IMG/VR virus record: IMGVR_UViG_3300049783_001388 | Coordinates: 1-58,992 of that record | Source of the DNA: a virus | Taxonomy: Duplodnaviria > Caudoviricetes | Strand: one strand, 5' to 3' | Length of the DNA stretch: 58,992 nt | In this document: in pieces, positions 21,679 through 32,032 of the stretch | How the letters are laid out: every line of letters begins with the position of its first letter | Position numbering within the stretch: position 1 is the stretch's first letter | The notes under the pieces: model-generated | What the model saw: the letters and a program-made list of their open reading frames with translations, nothing else | Databases searched by the model: none | What the model was told of the DNA's origin: nothing | Program-made: the position numbers and the translations under genes

Positions 21679-22743
21679 ATGGAAAAACCAATTTTTTTAG
21701 CATCAACAGATTGGCATTTTACTAATGAAAATTCTAAGGAAATTTATGGGCTAATAGAAGAAAAATTTAAATTAGCTATTAGTTTAGGTCTAAAAGAAGT
21801 TTTTATGCTTGGGGATGTATTCGTAAGTAGAATAAGCCAGAGGATGGAAATATTAGATTCATTTTGGGATATATTAAATCTTGCGAAAGAGTATGGTATA
21901 ATTATGTATGTAATACCTGGGAACCATGACAAGACAGATTACAAATCTGACAGAAGCTTTTTAAGATTCTATTCTTATCACCCTAATATTAGATTAGTAG
22001 AAAACCATTTATCCTTAATAAGGGGTGAATATGAGATTCATTTAATGCCGTACTTTACCAATTCTTCAGAAAAATTTAAGGATAATTTTGATAAATGTTT
22101 ATCTCCTACTGATATATCAAAGAAACAGATACTAATGTCCCACTTTGCCGTACAAGGTTCAATAAATAACGATGGCACAAAAATTGAAAAGGGGTGTTCA
22201 GTTTCAGAATTTAAATCTTTTGAAATGGTTTTCTTAGGTCATTACCATAACACTCATAATGTAAGTTCTAATATATTACATATACCATCTTTGAGACAAA
22301 ACAATTTTGGTGAAGACGATAAGAAAGGGTTTACTATTATGTTTGAAGATGGGGAAATTGAATTAGTTTCACCAAATTTTACAAAATACATAAAGGTTAA
22401 ACTTGATCTTGATGAAGTAAAATTCAATGATTTATTCTTAGAAGCAGAAAAATATTCTAAATCAAACCCTAATGATAATGTCAGATTTGTTGTTACTGGG
22501 GAAGAAAATTTAGTTAGATCATTAGAAACTTCACGGTTTACTAATATGGGCATTGATATTAGAAAAAATATTAAGAGTCTAGTGCCAGAATTGTCAGATT
22601 CACCAAACGTACAAGAGATTGTAGAATGGACTAAATCTGATGTAATGGAAAGATTTAAAAAATATTGCATTAAAGGCAAGTTAGATCTAGATTATGGTAA
22701 CGAATTAATAATTAAAATAATAGGTAGAAATGTCAAGGGTTAA
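21679..22743 (+). CDS. sbcD: SbcD/Mre11-like nuclease
   Basis: DWH, GDVF, GNHD, SH, GHYH metallophosphoesterase motifs. Confidence 0.88.
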   Translation: MEKPIFLASTDWHFTNENSKEIYGLIEEKFKLAISLGLKEVFMLGDVFVSRISQRMEILDSFWDILNLAKEYGIIMYVIPGNHDKTDYKSDRSFLRFYSYHPNIRLVENHLSLIRGEYEIHLMPYFTNSSEKFKDNFDKCLSPTDISKKQILMSHFAVQGSINNDGTKIEKGCSVSEFKSFEMVFLGHYHNTHNVSSNILHIPSLRQNNFGEDDKKGFTIMFEDGEIELVSPNFTKYIKVKLDLDEVKFNDLFLEAEKYSKSNPNDNVRFVVTGEENLVRSLETSRFTNMGIDIRKNIKSLVPELSDSPNVQEIVEWTKSDVMERFKKYCIKGKLDLDYGNELIIKIIGRNVKG

Positions 22744-23071
22744 TATAAAAGATGTTAGTGGTATAAATGGTAGGGATCATACAGAATATACATCAAAGAC
22801 AAGTGGTAAATATTCATTGTATGTACAATACCTTGGAGGTGGATCACATATTGCGAATAGGGTAAATAACAAAGATAGATACCTTGAAGCTTTAAAGAGG
22901 GTAGCATCTCTATCGGCTGGAACAGAATCACAACCAATATCTGTTTACGAAATTAGAGAAACAGTTGGAGATATAGATGCAATTGATTTATCTGGAACCA
23001 TTAAGAAAATTACCAAACAAACAAAGCCATTTTTCATAGCAAAGAAAATATGGGGAATAGATATAATTTAA
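22730..23071 (+). CDS. Hypothetical protein
   Basis: ORF filling the gap between sbcD and recA. Confidence 0.6.
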   Translation: MSRVNIKDVSGINGRDHTEYTSKTSGKYSLYVQYLGGGSHIANRVNNKDRYLEALKRVASLSAGTESQPISVYEIRETVGDIDAIDLSGTIKKITKQTKPFFIAKKIWGIDII

Positions 23072-23072
23072 T

Positions 23073-24062
23073 ATGGCGAAAAATACAAAAAGTTCAGGAT
23101 TACAAGGCGTAACGGATTCAATAAATGCCTTGCTAGGGAGTGGAACAATGCAAAGTTTTGAAGACACAACCTTGCATGATGTCACTTGTACAAGTAGTGG
23201 TGGTATCGCATTAGATATTGCATTAGGTGGAGGATATCCACAAGGCAGGATAATAGAAATATATGGTCCAGAATCATCTGGTAAAACTACATTAGCAATC
23301 CATGCAGGGGCAGAAGTTCAAGACATTGGTAAAGCAGTAGTATTTTTAGATTTAGAAAATGCATTTGATCCAGAGTATGGGGCTGCATTAGGATTAGATT
23401 ATTCTAAAGATAAATGGGTATTTTCACAACCAGAATGTGGAGAGGATGCATTTACAATAATTGAACAATATGTGCAACTCCCTGAGGTTGGAATGATAAT
23501 AGTAGATTCAGTTGCTTGTATGACACCTAGAGCAGAAATGGAAGGTGAGTTTGGGGAATCTAAAATGGGTCTCCATGCAAGACTAATGTCGCAAGGTTTT
23601 AGAAAATTAGTTGGCAAAATAAAGAAAGCAGACTGTACTTTAATATTCTTAAACCAAACAAGGGATAAGATTGGGGTTATGTTTGGTAATCCTGAAACTA
23701 CGACAGGTGGGAATGCACTTAAATTCTATGCAAGCCAAAGATTAAGGGTTGGTAGGAAACAAGGTGTAAAAGGGAAAGATGGAATACTAATAACTAATCA
23801 CGCAACTGTAAAGGTTGAAAAGAATAAGATTGCTCCTCCACATAAGAAAGCAGAGTTCGAAATAAGATTTGGAGAAGGTATTGATAAAATTAGTGAGATA
23901 TTAGATATTGGTGCAGACTGGGATGTGATAGAAAAGAAAGGTGCTTGGTATTATTATGATGGAACAGCAATTGGTCAAGGTAAGGAAAAAGCTAGGGAAA
24001 CACTTATAGACAATATAGAGTTGCGAGAAGAAATAGAGAACAAGATTAGAGAGTTTATGTAG
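23073..24062 (+). CDS. recA: RecA recombinase
   Basis: GPESSGKTT, VDSVA, ARLMSQ, NQTR, GGNALKFYAS, KNKIAPP. Confidence 0.98.
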   Translation: MAKNTKSSGLQGVTDSINALLGSGTMQSFEDTTLHDVTCTSSGGIALDIALGGGYPQGRIIEIYGPESSGKTTLAIHAGAEVQDIGKAVVFLDLENAFDPEYGAALGLDYSKDKWVFSQPECGEDAFTIIEQYVQLPEVGMIIVDSVACMTPRAEMEGEFGESKMGLHARLMSQGFRKLVGKIKKADCTLIFLNQTRDKIGVMFGNPETTTGGNALKFYASQRLRVGRKQGVKGKDGILITNHATVKVEKNKIAPPHKKAEFEIRFGEGIDKISEILDIGADWDVIEKKGAWYYYDGTAIGQGKEKARETLIDNIELREEIENKIREFM

Positions 24063-24161
24063 TCTAATTGAACCTATAGATTTTATTTTAAGTGTTTAAC
24101 GCATTTTTAAATAATCTTTATAGGTTTTTAGTACATTATACTATATTAATTTTAAAATTGC

Positions 24162-24193
24162 TTAGGGATGCTTATAAATACCACTACTATTGC
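24162..24193 (+). promoter_or_regulatory. Candidate phage RNA polymerase promoter, copy 2
   Basis: TTAGGGATGCTTATAAATACCACTACTATTGC. Confidence 0.55.
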
Positions 24194-24204
24194 ATTAAAC
24201 GCAC

Positions 24205-24225
24205 AAACTATAAACTATAAACTAT
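24205..24225 (+). repeat. AAACTAT x3 tandem repeat just before a start codon
   Basis: Three exact copies, then AAATG. Confidence 0.85.
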
Positions 24226-24227
24226 AA

Positions 24228-24572
24228 ATGAAAAAAAATATACCATTCTTAAAGAACACAACAATAGATCTTATACCATGTTTTGACTACCATGTAAATG
24301 ATTACACTTGGTCCATACTAAAAGATGCATTAAATGTAGATAGTTGGGATGAAGTTGTAAAGGTGGAACAATACATAATTGACGAATGTCCAGATTACCC
24401 AAACATTTTTCCATTAAGTGATAGGGAAGAATTAGATGTTTCTAGTATCCCGCATAAATTATATAAATGCAAAATATGGGGAACTGATTCTGTTGAAATA
24501 CAACACTTAAATAGTGAAGAAAGATATGCCAGTATATTCTATGTCAGTATAAATGATTTAGGATTATGGTAA
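24228..24572 (+). CDS. Hypothetical protein
   Basis: ORF with A-rich start context. Confidence 0.65.
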   Translation: MKKNIPFLKNTTIDLIPCFDYHVNDYTWSILKDALNVDSWDEVVKVEQYIIDECPDYPNIFPLSDREELDVSSIPHKLYKCKIWGTDSVEIQHLNSEERYASIFYVSINDLGLW

Positions 24573-26575
24573 TAAAGGAAATAGGTTGTGAAAACTTTTT
24601 ATCTTTTAAAGAATTAAAGCTAAAGATAAGTGGAGTAAAGAGGATTCAAGGAGAAAATCTTGATGATGATGGACAGGAAACAAATGGCACTGGGAAAAGT
24701 GCCATACATTCCATGATAGAAGCAATATGGTTTAATACAACATCTAGGAAAAATGTTTCACTGAAACAGTTAGTTAGATGGGGGCATAAAAATTCATATC
24801 TATATATGATAATGTATTGCCCTATGCGTAAAGAAGAACTTCTAATAGAAAGAACAATTGGAAAGATTTCAAAACTAGATTTAAGTATTAATTCTGAGCC
24901 TGTTGATTTCGCAACCATAGCAGATGGCAATTCGCAGATAATAAAATGGATAGGGATCAATAAAGAAGACTTACAAAACTTTTTCTTGATAAATAAGGAA
25001 AAATACAATTCATTTTATAGCAATAGCAACACAAGCAAATTATCTATGATTGGTAGGTTTAGTAACTTATCAATAATAGATGGTAGTGATGAAGTTGTAA
25101 AAGAAGAGTGTGATAGTATAAGGGATTTAATATCAGAAAAAGAAAAGTTAATTTATTCCTATACCGGGAAAATATCACAACTTGAGGAATTAATATTAGA
25201 AGAAAAGAATAAAGATTTCCAAAAGGAGTATAATGATAAATTATTACATTATACACGTTCTGTAAGCAGTACTGAAGACAGTATTTCAGAACATACTAAA
25301 ACCATTGCCCAATTAAAACATTCTATACCAAGCATTAATGTAGAATTAAAGCAAATTAACGAAGAAATAGATTCATATAAGTCTAAGATAGATTTAACTA
25401 TTATCCCAGACGTAAATGAAGAACTTTCCACTGTTGATAATTCAATTGACAAAATTAAGGCAAACATTAAAAAAGAAAATTTAGGATTAATTGAAGATAA
25501 TTCTAATCTCATATACGTTAAATCTGAAGAAGATAAATGTAATAATAATTTAAGGGGTATAATAGAATGCCCTAAATGTGAGCATGAATTTAACCCTGCA
25601 GACCCCAAAATTGATATTTCAGAAGAAAAAGAATTTTTAGAAAATCAAATACTAACTTTAAAATCTTCAGTTGAGAAATTGATAAAGGATAAGCAAGATA
25701 AAATACTTAAATTAAACAATGAAATACATGGTCTTAATTCTACTGTTAAGTCTTCTATAACTAAAAAAGTTACTGAAGCAGAAAAAGAATTAAATTACTT
25801 AAAGAGGTTAAAGAATTTAAGTGATAAAAAATTTGACATTGCCAATAATAAGTTAGATAGAATTAATAGGAATATACTTAATTCAGAAGATTCTATTAAG
25901 ATTTGCGAATCAAGGCTATCAGATATTAATGACAACATTAAAAACTTGAATATTGGGTCAATTGATTTAGAAAGCATTAAAAGAAAAGAAAAATCAATAT
26001 CTTTAAATGAAGATTTAATAAAAAATCAAGATTCAGACTTAGAAAAATTAAATGAGTTTTTGTTTAAGGCATCACAATGGATATATAATTTTAAATTATT
26101 TAGGAGTGAATTATCAGTAGATGTATTGAATATCATCAGTGCCTACACAAACAAGTTCCTAGAATCTTTAAAGACAGATTTAATGGTAAAGTGGGAAGGG
26201 TTTAAGGTTAAGTCTAATGGAGATTTATCTGATAAAATTACCCCATTGATAATTAGGAATGGCGATATGTACCCATTCGGTTCGTTTAGCGGTGGTGAGC
26301 GTGGAAGGTTAGAGTATGCAAATATCTTAACTAGCCAATATCTTATCAATAGTACCCACAAATACGGAGGGTTGCAATTTTTATTGACTGATGAAATAAC
26401 AGAAGGTATTGATGCATTAGGTTTATCTAATCTAGCAGATGCCTTAAAGGGTATAGGGATACCAATATTATTAATCACACACGTTATGGATAGAAGCATT
26501 AGTGATGATGTATTACTAATTAGAAAACATAATGGAGAATCTAAAATTGTAACAAATGGTAATACTAGGGATTGA
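24566..26575 (+). CDS. sbcC: SbcC/Rad50-like ATPase
   Basis: NFLSF, NGTGKS, coiled coil with CPKC zinc hook, FSGGE, LLTDE, LITH. Confidence 0.92.
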   Translation: MVIKEIGCENFLSFKELKLKISGVKRIQGENLDDDGQETNGTGKSAIHSMIEAIWFNTTSRKNVSLKQLVRWGHKNSYLYMIMYCPMRKEELLIERTIGKISKLDLSINSEPVDFATIADGNSQIIKWIGINKEDLQNFFLINKEKYNSFYSNSNTSKLSMIGRFSNLSIIDGSDEVVKEECDSIRDLISEKEKLIYSYTGKISQLEELILEEKNKDFQKEYNDKLLHYTRSVSSTEDSISEHTKTIAQLKHSIPSINVELKQINEEIDSYKSKIDLTIIPDVNEELSTVDNSIDKIKANIKKENLGLIEDNSNLIYVKSEEDKCNNNLRGIIECPKCEHEFNPADPKIDISEEKEFLENQILTLKSSVEKLIKDKQDKILKLNNEIHGLNSTVKSSITKKVTEAEKELNYLKRLKNLSDKKFDIANNKLDRINRNILNSEDSIKICESRLSDINDNIKNLNIGSIDLESIKRKEKSISLNEDLIKNQDSDLEKLNEFLFKASQWIYNFKLFRSELSVDVLNIISAYTNKFLESLKTDLMVKWEGFKVKSNGDLSDKITPLIIRNGDMYPFGSFSGGERGRLEYANILTSQYLINSTHKYGGLQFLLTDEITEGIDALGLSNLADALKGIGIPILLITHVMDRSISDDVLLIRKHNGESKIVTNGNTRD

Positions 26576-27059
26576 CCCAGGAAAAGACGGAGGATTTGCA
26601 ATACTTGAAGATGGTATTGTGATTAAGACAATGGCGACCCCAAATATAAAGGATAAAAATAATAATGGTATTGTTGATTGCTTAAAGGTTTCAGAATTCT
26701 TATCTGAAAATACAATCGATGAAATAATTATTGAAGATGTTCATGCAATATTTGGTTCAAGTGCGAAAACTACATTTAATTTCGGAAGAAATGTTGGTAT
26801 GGTTGAATCTTTAATTTTAGCTTATGGTTACGGTTTAGTTAAAATTAAGCCTAAAGATTGGCAATTAAGACCATGGAGAAAAGTTCCAATAATTAAAGAT
26901 TCAAAGGGAAAGAAAGATAATAAAGCAAGGTCTTTAAAAGCCTTACAAATTATCTACCCTAATCTTGACTACAAAATGTTATTGAGGACACCAAGATGTA
27001 AAGTAGCACATGATGGTATTGTTGATGCTATTCTTATTGCATATTCTAAATGCAGTTAA
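26556..27059 (+). CDS. RuvC-like Holliday junction resolvase
   Basis: GIDPGKDG, IEDVH, FNFG, P..W, HDGIVDAILIA. Confidence 0.85.
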   Translation: MVILGIDPGKDGGFAILEDGIVIKTMATPNIKDKNNNGIVDCLKVSEFLSENTIDEIIIEDVHAIFGSSAKTTFNFGRNVGMVESLILAYGYGLVKIKPKDWQLRPWRKVPIIKDSKGKKDNKARSLKALQIIYPNLDYKMLLRTPRCKVAHDGIVDAILIAYSKCS

Positions 27060-27550
27060 AAGAATTCATTTGCAGTTCCTGTGGAAATGATTCAACAAAT
27101 GGTTCATCCTTCCACAAATTATGTCTAACTTGTAATAAGGTGAGGCTAGGTAGTGGTAATCCCAAATCATATAATACTCCCGTGAAAAAATCAAAATACT
27201 TTAATTGTAAAGTATGCGATTGTCAAACATCACAAGGGAATTCTTTCCATAAATTATGTCTAAAATGTAACCAAAGTCGCTTAATTCACAAAGCTAAATC
27301 TAGGGTTAAAAAAAAGCCAAAAGTTTACAGAAAGAAACCGACAGGCGAGAGGGATATGTTTATAGAAATTTGGGATTCACGACCACACATTTGCACAAAT
27401 TGTGGAGATCCATTAGGCAATGAGCCAAAAGTTCATTTCTTTTCACACATTAAACCTAAAGGGAAGTACCCAGAATTAAGATTAAAGAAAAGCAATATTA
27501 AGATACTTTGTATTGAATGTCATCGAAATTTAGATTTTGGTGGACTGTAA
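27050..27550 (+). CDS. HNH endonuclease with duplicated N-terminal zinc fingers
   Basis: Two CxxC...SFHKLCxxCN units, then CTNCG...HIKP...PELR...NIKILCIECH. Confidence 0.8.
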   Translation: MQLKEFICSSCGNDSTNGSSFHKLCLTCNKVRLGSGNPKSYNTPVKKSKYFNCKVCDCQTSQGNSFHKLCLKCNQSRLIHKAKSRVKKKPKVYRKKPTGERDMFIEIWDSRPHICTNCGDPLGNEPKVHFFSHIKPKGKYPELRLKKSNIKILCIECHRNLDFGGL

Positions 27551-27631
27551 TAGTAAATATCTGAAACGATTTTTTGTAATGATGAAAGTTTAAAGCTTTT
27601 ATCCTGTACACAATACAACAAACTATAAATT

Positions 27632-27934
27632 ATGAGATACTATAGAATATGGGATTTGCCTAAAGCAGTCTACAATAAGATAAATTCAAAAGAAGTTGAT
27701 GAGTTATGTGAATCAATTTTCCCAACACCAACGTTTGATAAATTAAGAACAGATTCATTTCATTTCTTGATACTTACTGGGGATGTAACTTTCGTTATAA
27801 ATTCAAAATTAAATAATGATGGGGATAGGGTTAATACTATATTATCAGATGATAAAAATTTAGTAAAAACAGACGCTATACTTTCAACCGTCGGGTTTGG
27901 TATGCCACTAAAAAGCGAACCGAACAATGGGTAA
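27632..27934 (+). CDS. Hypothetical protein
   Basis: ORF with AAACTATAAA leader. Confidence 0.6.
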   Translation: MRYYRIWDLPKAVYNKINSKEVDELCESIFPTPTFDKLRTDSFHFLILTGDVTFVINSKLNNDGDRVNTILSDDKNLVKTDAILSTVGFGMPLKSEPNNG

Positions 27935-28592
27935 ATCAAAATATCAAGACTTTTTAGTTTTTGATACAGAAACTGGAGGTCTACCATCTAAAGCAAATCC
28001 TGCTTTTTATGGTGTAGCATTAACAGAAGTTGCATTAGTGATGGTCAGCCCAGAATTAGAAATAGTTGGTACAGATAGTTTCTTAATAAAACCAAACTAT
28101 AAAGATGGATTAATGTATAGTAGCAAAGCATCTGAAGTATCTGGGATAACATTAGATATGTTAACTAAAGAAGGTATAACCCCAAAGGTTGCATTAGATA
28201 GAACTTTAGATTTTATTAATTCATATAGGACTTCAAATAAGAAACCTACATTGGTCGGTCATAATATTAGATCATTTGATAATCCATTTATGATTAATTG
28301 GTTTGATTTTTGTAAAGAAGATTTATATAAATGGGTTAATAAGTTAGATATTGATACTCTAGATTTATGCCATAAAGTATTCCCAGAAGCACCTTACTAT
28401 AATCTAGGGACAATGTGTGACCAATACGATATAGAATTAACAGATGCTCACAGGGCATTGCCAGATACAATTGCTAATGCAGAATTGTTTATTAAAATAT
28501 TTAAAGATTTAAGAGGTGAATCTGAAAACAAAATTTCAGACAAGGTAGAAGAAAAATCAATAATAGATAAAATTAATAAATTCCAATTCTAA
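27927..28592 (+). CDS. DEDDh 3'-5' exonuclease (Pol III epsilon-like)
   Basis: FDTETGG, GHN..FD, IDTL, AHRALPD. Confidence 0.92.
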   Translation: MGKSKYQDFLVFDTETGGLPSKANPAFYGVALTEVALVMVSPELEIVGTDSFLIKPNYKDGLMYSSKASEVSGITLDMLTKEGITPKVALDRTLDFINSYRTSNKKPTLVGHNIRSFDNPFMINWFDFCKEDLYKWVNKLDIDTLDLCHKVFPEAPYYNLGTMCDQYDIELTDAHRALPDTIANAELFIKIFKDLRGESENKISDKVEEKSIIDKINKFQF

Positions 28593-30047
28593 ATGCTACA
28601 AACAACTTTTTTAGATGAATTATTTAAGGGTTGTACGATAAATGAAGAAATTTTTAAGAATGTATCTTTACATTTAAAAGATAGGGATATTAGTAAAGAT
28701 TCTTTAATACATAAAAAAGTATTAAATGTAATTAAGAAACTTTATAGGGAAAAGCCTGACGAATTACCATCAATAGGAGTTGTAGAACAAATGGCTCTTT
28801 CAGTTGGTGGTAAATCTTTATCATTCAATAAGATATACGAAGCTAATCGTACTAACCCAAATGATTTATTATTAGAATTACAAAAATACCTACTCAAGGT
28901 TAGGGTGGAGCAATCCCTATTTGATTTCCAAGAAGATTATAATAATGGGGATCATGACAATTCAATATTAAAACTAAAAGATAATCTAGTAGATGCTATT
29001 GATTTTAATATTGTTGGAGATAACTACCCTTCCACAAACCCATTTATAGATTTCATAGATTTAATAAATAATATTGATGATAGCGATGATGATAATTTAA
29101 AAGTGCCATTTGGTATCCCACCATTAGATATAATTAGTAAAGGTGGTATGGAATTATCTTCAACAGCATTATTTATATTAAGATCTGGAGTTGGTAAATC
29201 CACGCTACTTAAATTCATTGGGTACATGGCATCAAGGCTAGGTTTCTCAGTATTACATTTCCAGCTAGAAGGTTCAAAAGAAGAAGCACAATTAAAGTAT
29301 AACCAATTATGGACAGGGTTAAGGTATTACGATCTAACAAAGGGTTATTTTGGTGATATGAAACCTAAGACTATATGGTGCAGCAAACAAGGGAAAATTG
29401 TTATTGATGATAAGCTGGAATATCTTAAATTCGTTAATTCAAAGATGGATTACCTTAGAGAAAGGATGAACAAATTCATTATAGAAATAGTTTCTTTTGA
29501 AGAGTTTGGTACACCAGATATGAAAGCTGTAGATTCTAAAATTACTGAATTCACAGAAAAGTTTAAACATCCACCTCATTTAGTTATAGTAGATAGTTTA
29601 GACTTAATGTATCCAGGTGATGGATTTAAATATGGTCCAGATATACAGTCTACAAAGATGAGGATACAGAATAGTGCTAAAGCTATGAAGAATATTGGGC
29701 TAAGGCATAAGACTAGAGTTATATCTGCAACTCAAACTGGAGATATAAAAATGGAAGATTGGAACAATGAAGATTTTGTAATAGATAGATCTAGATCTAT
29801 GGGTGATAAAAATGTTGCAAACCCTTTCAGTTTTGTATTTAGTGGGAATAGGACTATTAAAGAAAAGAAACTTAATGAGATAAGGTTCTTTATTGATAAG
29901 CTTAGAGATTATGAAGGAGAAGGTATGGTATTTTCTTTGCCTACTGATTATGACCATGGTAAAGCTATTAATTTAAGTCAATGTAAAACTTATGAAGAAA
30001 AAAAAGATGAAAAAAATAAAGGAGAAGTTGAAGAAAGTGAAGAATGA
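28593..30047 (+). CDS. Replicative DnaB-like helicase
   Basis: GIPPLD, RSGVGKS, FQLEG, VIVDSLD, SATQ, DKLRD. Confidence 0.85.
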   Translation: MLQTTFLDELFKGCTINEEIFKNVSLHLKDRDISKDSLIHKKVLNVIKKLYREKPDELPSIGVVEQMALSVGGKSLSFNKIYEANRTNPNDLLLELQKYLLKVRVEQSLFDFQEDYNNGDHDNSILKLKDNLVDAIDFNIVGDNYPSTNPFIDFIDLINNIDDSDDDNLKVPFGIPPLDIISKGGMELSSTALFILRSGVGKSTLLKFIGYMASRLGFSVLHFQLEGSKEEAQLKYNQLWTGLRYYDLTKGYFGDMKPKTIWCSKQGKIVIDDKLEYLKFVNSKMDYLRERMNKFIIEIVSFEEFGTPDMKAVDSKITEFTEKFKHPPHLVIVDSLDLMYPGDGFKYGPDIQSTKMRIQNSAKAMKNIGLRHKTRVISATQTGDIKMEDWNNEDFVIDRSRSMGDKNVANPFSFVFSGNRTIKEKKLNEIRFFIDKLRDYEGEGMVFSLPTDYDHGKAINLSQCKTYEEKKDEKNKGEVEESEE

Positions 30048-30234
30048 TCTACTTGCTATAGATAGTAATCTATTACTAGGTTCATTGATAATATTATGGG
30101 GTTTTGTGATATTGTGGCTCTTAGGCATAACGTTCGAATATGTATTTTCTTCATATAAGGGTGTACTGGGATTTTGGTTATTTGTTTCACAACTGTTTGC
30201 AATACATAAATTATTAGCAAATGGAGATAGATAA
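29992..30234 (+). CDS. Small membrane protein
   Basis: Two hydrophobic helices; the start may be a few codons downstream. Confidence 0.55.
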   Translation: MKKKKMKKIKEKLKKVKNDLLAIDSNLLLGSLIILWGFVILWLLGITFEYVFSSYKGVLGFWLFVSQLFAIHKLLANGDR

Positions 30235-31255
30235 ATTTGATGTAATTAATTCATTTAAATTAGCTAAACTTGGTAATAACGGATTCTATACTTCAAAGAC
30301 TTTAGAATGTCCAAGTTGTGGCAAGAAAGAAGAAAAGTTTGGTATAAAATTCATAGGAAAAGGTGGGCTTGTGAATTGTTGGGTATGTAACTATAAGTCA
30401 AGTATATTTAAATTCTTAAAGCAAGTTGGTAAATCTAATTTAATAGAGTTTGAGCATAAACAGAATTATGGTGAATCTATATCTTTTATTAAATTGCTAG
30501 AAAACGATAATTACAATAATACAACTAAAGTTTTTGTAGAATTACCCGAAATAAAGCTACCGAGGAAGTATAATAGAGTAACCAAGAGCGAATATTTACA
30601 AAGTAGGGGCATTACACCAAAACAATTAGAAGACTTCTTGGTAGGTACGGTAAAAAGTATTTTATATCCAGAGTTAAAAGATTATTTAATTTTTCAAATA
30701 TTTCAAAACAAGAGGTTAGTTGCATTATTAGCAAGGACACCATTTGATAAGGAATGGCATAAGAAAAATTTAGAAGATAGTAAAGTTGGTAAATGTAAAA
30801 TGAAACCAAGATACTGGAATACTAAAGGTGTTGAATTCCAAGAAATACTAGGTGGGTTAGATGACATAACTGATAGCGTACACACTGTGATAGTCGTAGA
30901 AGGTTTATTTGATAAATTAAATATTGATAATATTTTAATTGAAGATGATGGTATAATTTCAGTATTTACATTTGGTCACAGTTTTAGCGATAGACAGATT
31001 GAATTAATTAAATCAAATAATAATATAAAGACTGTTATATTAATGTATGATAATGATTCTTTAATGCAAATGAAGAAAATATCTATGGTATTAATTAATG
31101 AGTTTGATAATGTATTTATTTTACCAATATTAGAAAAGGGTTTAGATCCAGGTGACATTACCGCAAAACAATTTGAAAAATTAATTTCAACAAAATTATT
31201 TAATCCAGTTGATTATTATTCATCATTCATAGATATTAAATTATGGCAAAATTAA
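30221..31255 (+). CDS. DNA primase (zinc finger + TOPRIM)
   Basis: CPSC...CWVC, YLQSRG, VVEGLFD, YDND, DPGD. Confidence 0.88.
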   Translation: MEIDKFDVINSFKLAKLGNNGFYTSKTLECPSCGKKEEKFGIKFIGKGGLVNCWVCNYKSSIFKFLKQVGKSNLIEFEHKQNYGESISFIKLLENDNYNNTTKVFVELPEIKLPRKYNRVTKSEYLQSRGITPKQLEDFLVGTVKSILYPELKDYLIFQIFQNKRLVALLARTPFDKEWHKKNLEDSKVGKCKMKPRYWNTKGVEFQEILGGLDDITDSVHTVIVVEGLFDKLNIDNILIEDDGIISVFTFGHSFSDRQIELIKSNNNIKTVILMYDNDSLMQMKKISMVLINEFDNVFILPILEKGLDPGDITAKQFEKLISTKLFNPVDYYSSFIDIKLWQN

Positions 31256-31374
31256 TAGTAAATATTAGATTATCTAATGCTAAATTATTGAAAAAGAAAA
31301 TTAAAAAATTGAATAAATTAGTTAAAGAGATTAATGAATTTCAATTAATTGTAGAAGTTAAAGAATTAAATTAA
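31243..31374 (+). CDS. 43-aa basic protein not in the ORF track
   Basis: MAKLIVNIRLSNAKLLKKKIKKLNK..., overlapping the primase stop. Confidence 0.5.
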   Translation: MAKLIVNIRLSNAKLLKKKIKKLNKLVKEINEFQLIVEVKELN

Positions 31375-31477
31375 ATGAGATTAATGAGCCTAAATCTCAG
31401 ATAGCTAGTCTATTTATAAGTGGTTACAGATCGAGGATAGTCCTCAAATTATAGTGTTAATTAAATAATTATTTAGA

Positions 31478-31969
31478 ATGAAAAATTTTTTATTATTGTT
31501 TGTTGTGTTGGCAATTAGTTTGTCAACTTATGCAGAAAAGCCGAAAGTTCCAATCGATGAAGTCGTCGATGTAGGGTACGCAGATTTAACAGTTAAATTA
31601 GTTAAGACTACTCAGGTAGCTAATACTGATATGATTGTGATTAATGTAGCCCACACTGATGTAATTTTAAGATTAGATCAACCATTACTTGTATTCCAAA
31701 TTACGTCAAGTAGAGAAAATATAGTTAACCTTTTAGAAGATTTTTACCAACCTCAGGTTGGTATTGGTTTGATACCCATAAAGGATAGATATAAATATTT
31801 GGAGGTCAAGAACTACTTATATGTTTCAACATTAAATACGTATGCATACGTAATGAAACCTCCCCAATATAAATTAAGTCGATATAGTAAATGTTACCTA
31901 AATATAAATAGTAATTATAAGAATACTTATTTTATATCTAAGTATAGGGATCTTCCTCACAAGATTTAA
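31478..31969 (+). CDS. Hypothetical protein with signal peptide
   Basis: MKNFLLLFVVLAISLSTYA is Sec-signal-like. Confidence 0.6.
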   Translation: MKNFLLLFVVLAISLSTYAEKPKVPIDEVVDVGYADLTVKLVKTTQVANTDMIVINVAHTDVILRLDQPLLVFQITSSRENIVNLLEDFYQPQVGIGLIPIKDRYKYLEVKNYLYVSTLNTYAYVMKPPQYKLSRYSKCYLNINSNYKNTYFISKYRDLPHKI

Positions 31970-31989
31970 ATAAAGACAATAACATAATT

Positions 31990-32018
31990 AAAAGCCTCAA
32001 TCAAAAGTTGAGGCTTTT
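31990..32018 (+). terminator. Intrinsic terminator
   Basis: AAAAGCCTCAA / TTGAGGCTTTT. Confidence 0.8.
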
Positions 32019-32032
32019 ATATAAACTATAAA

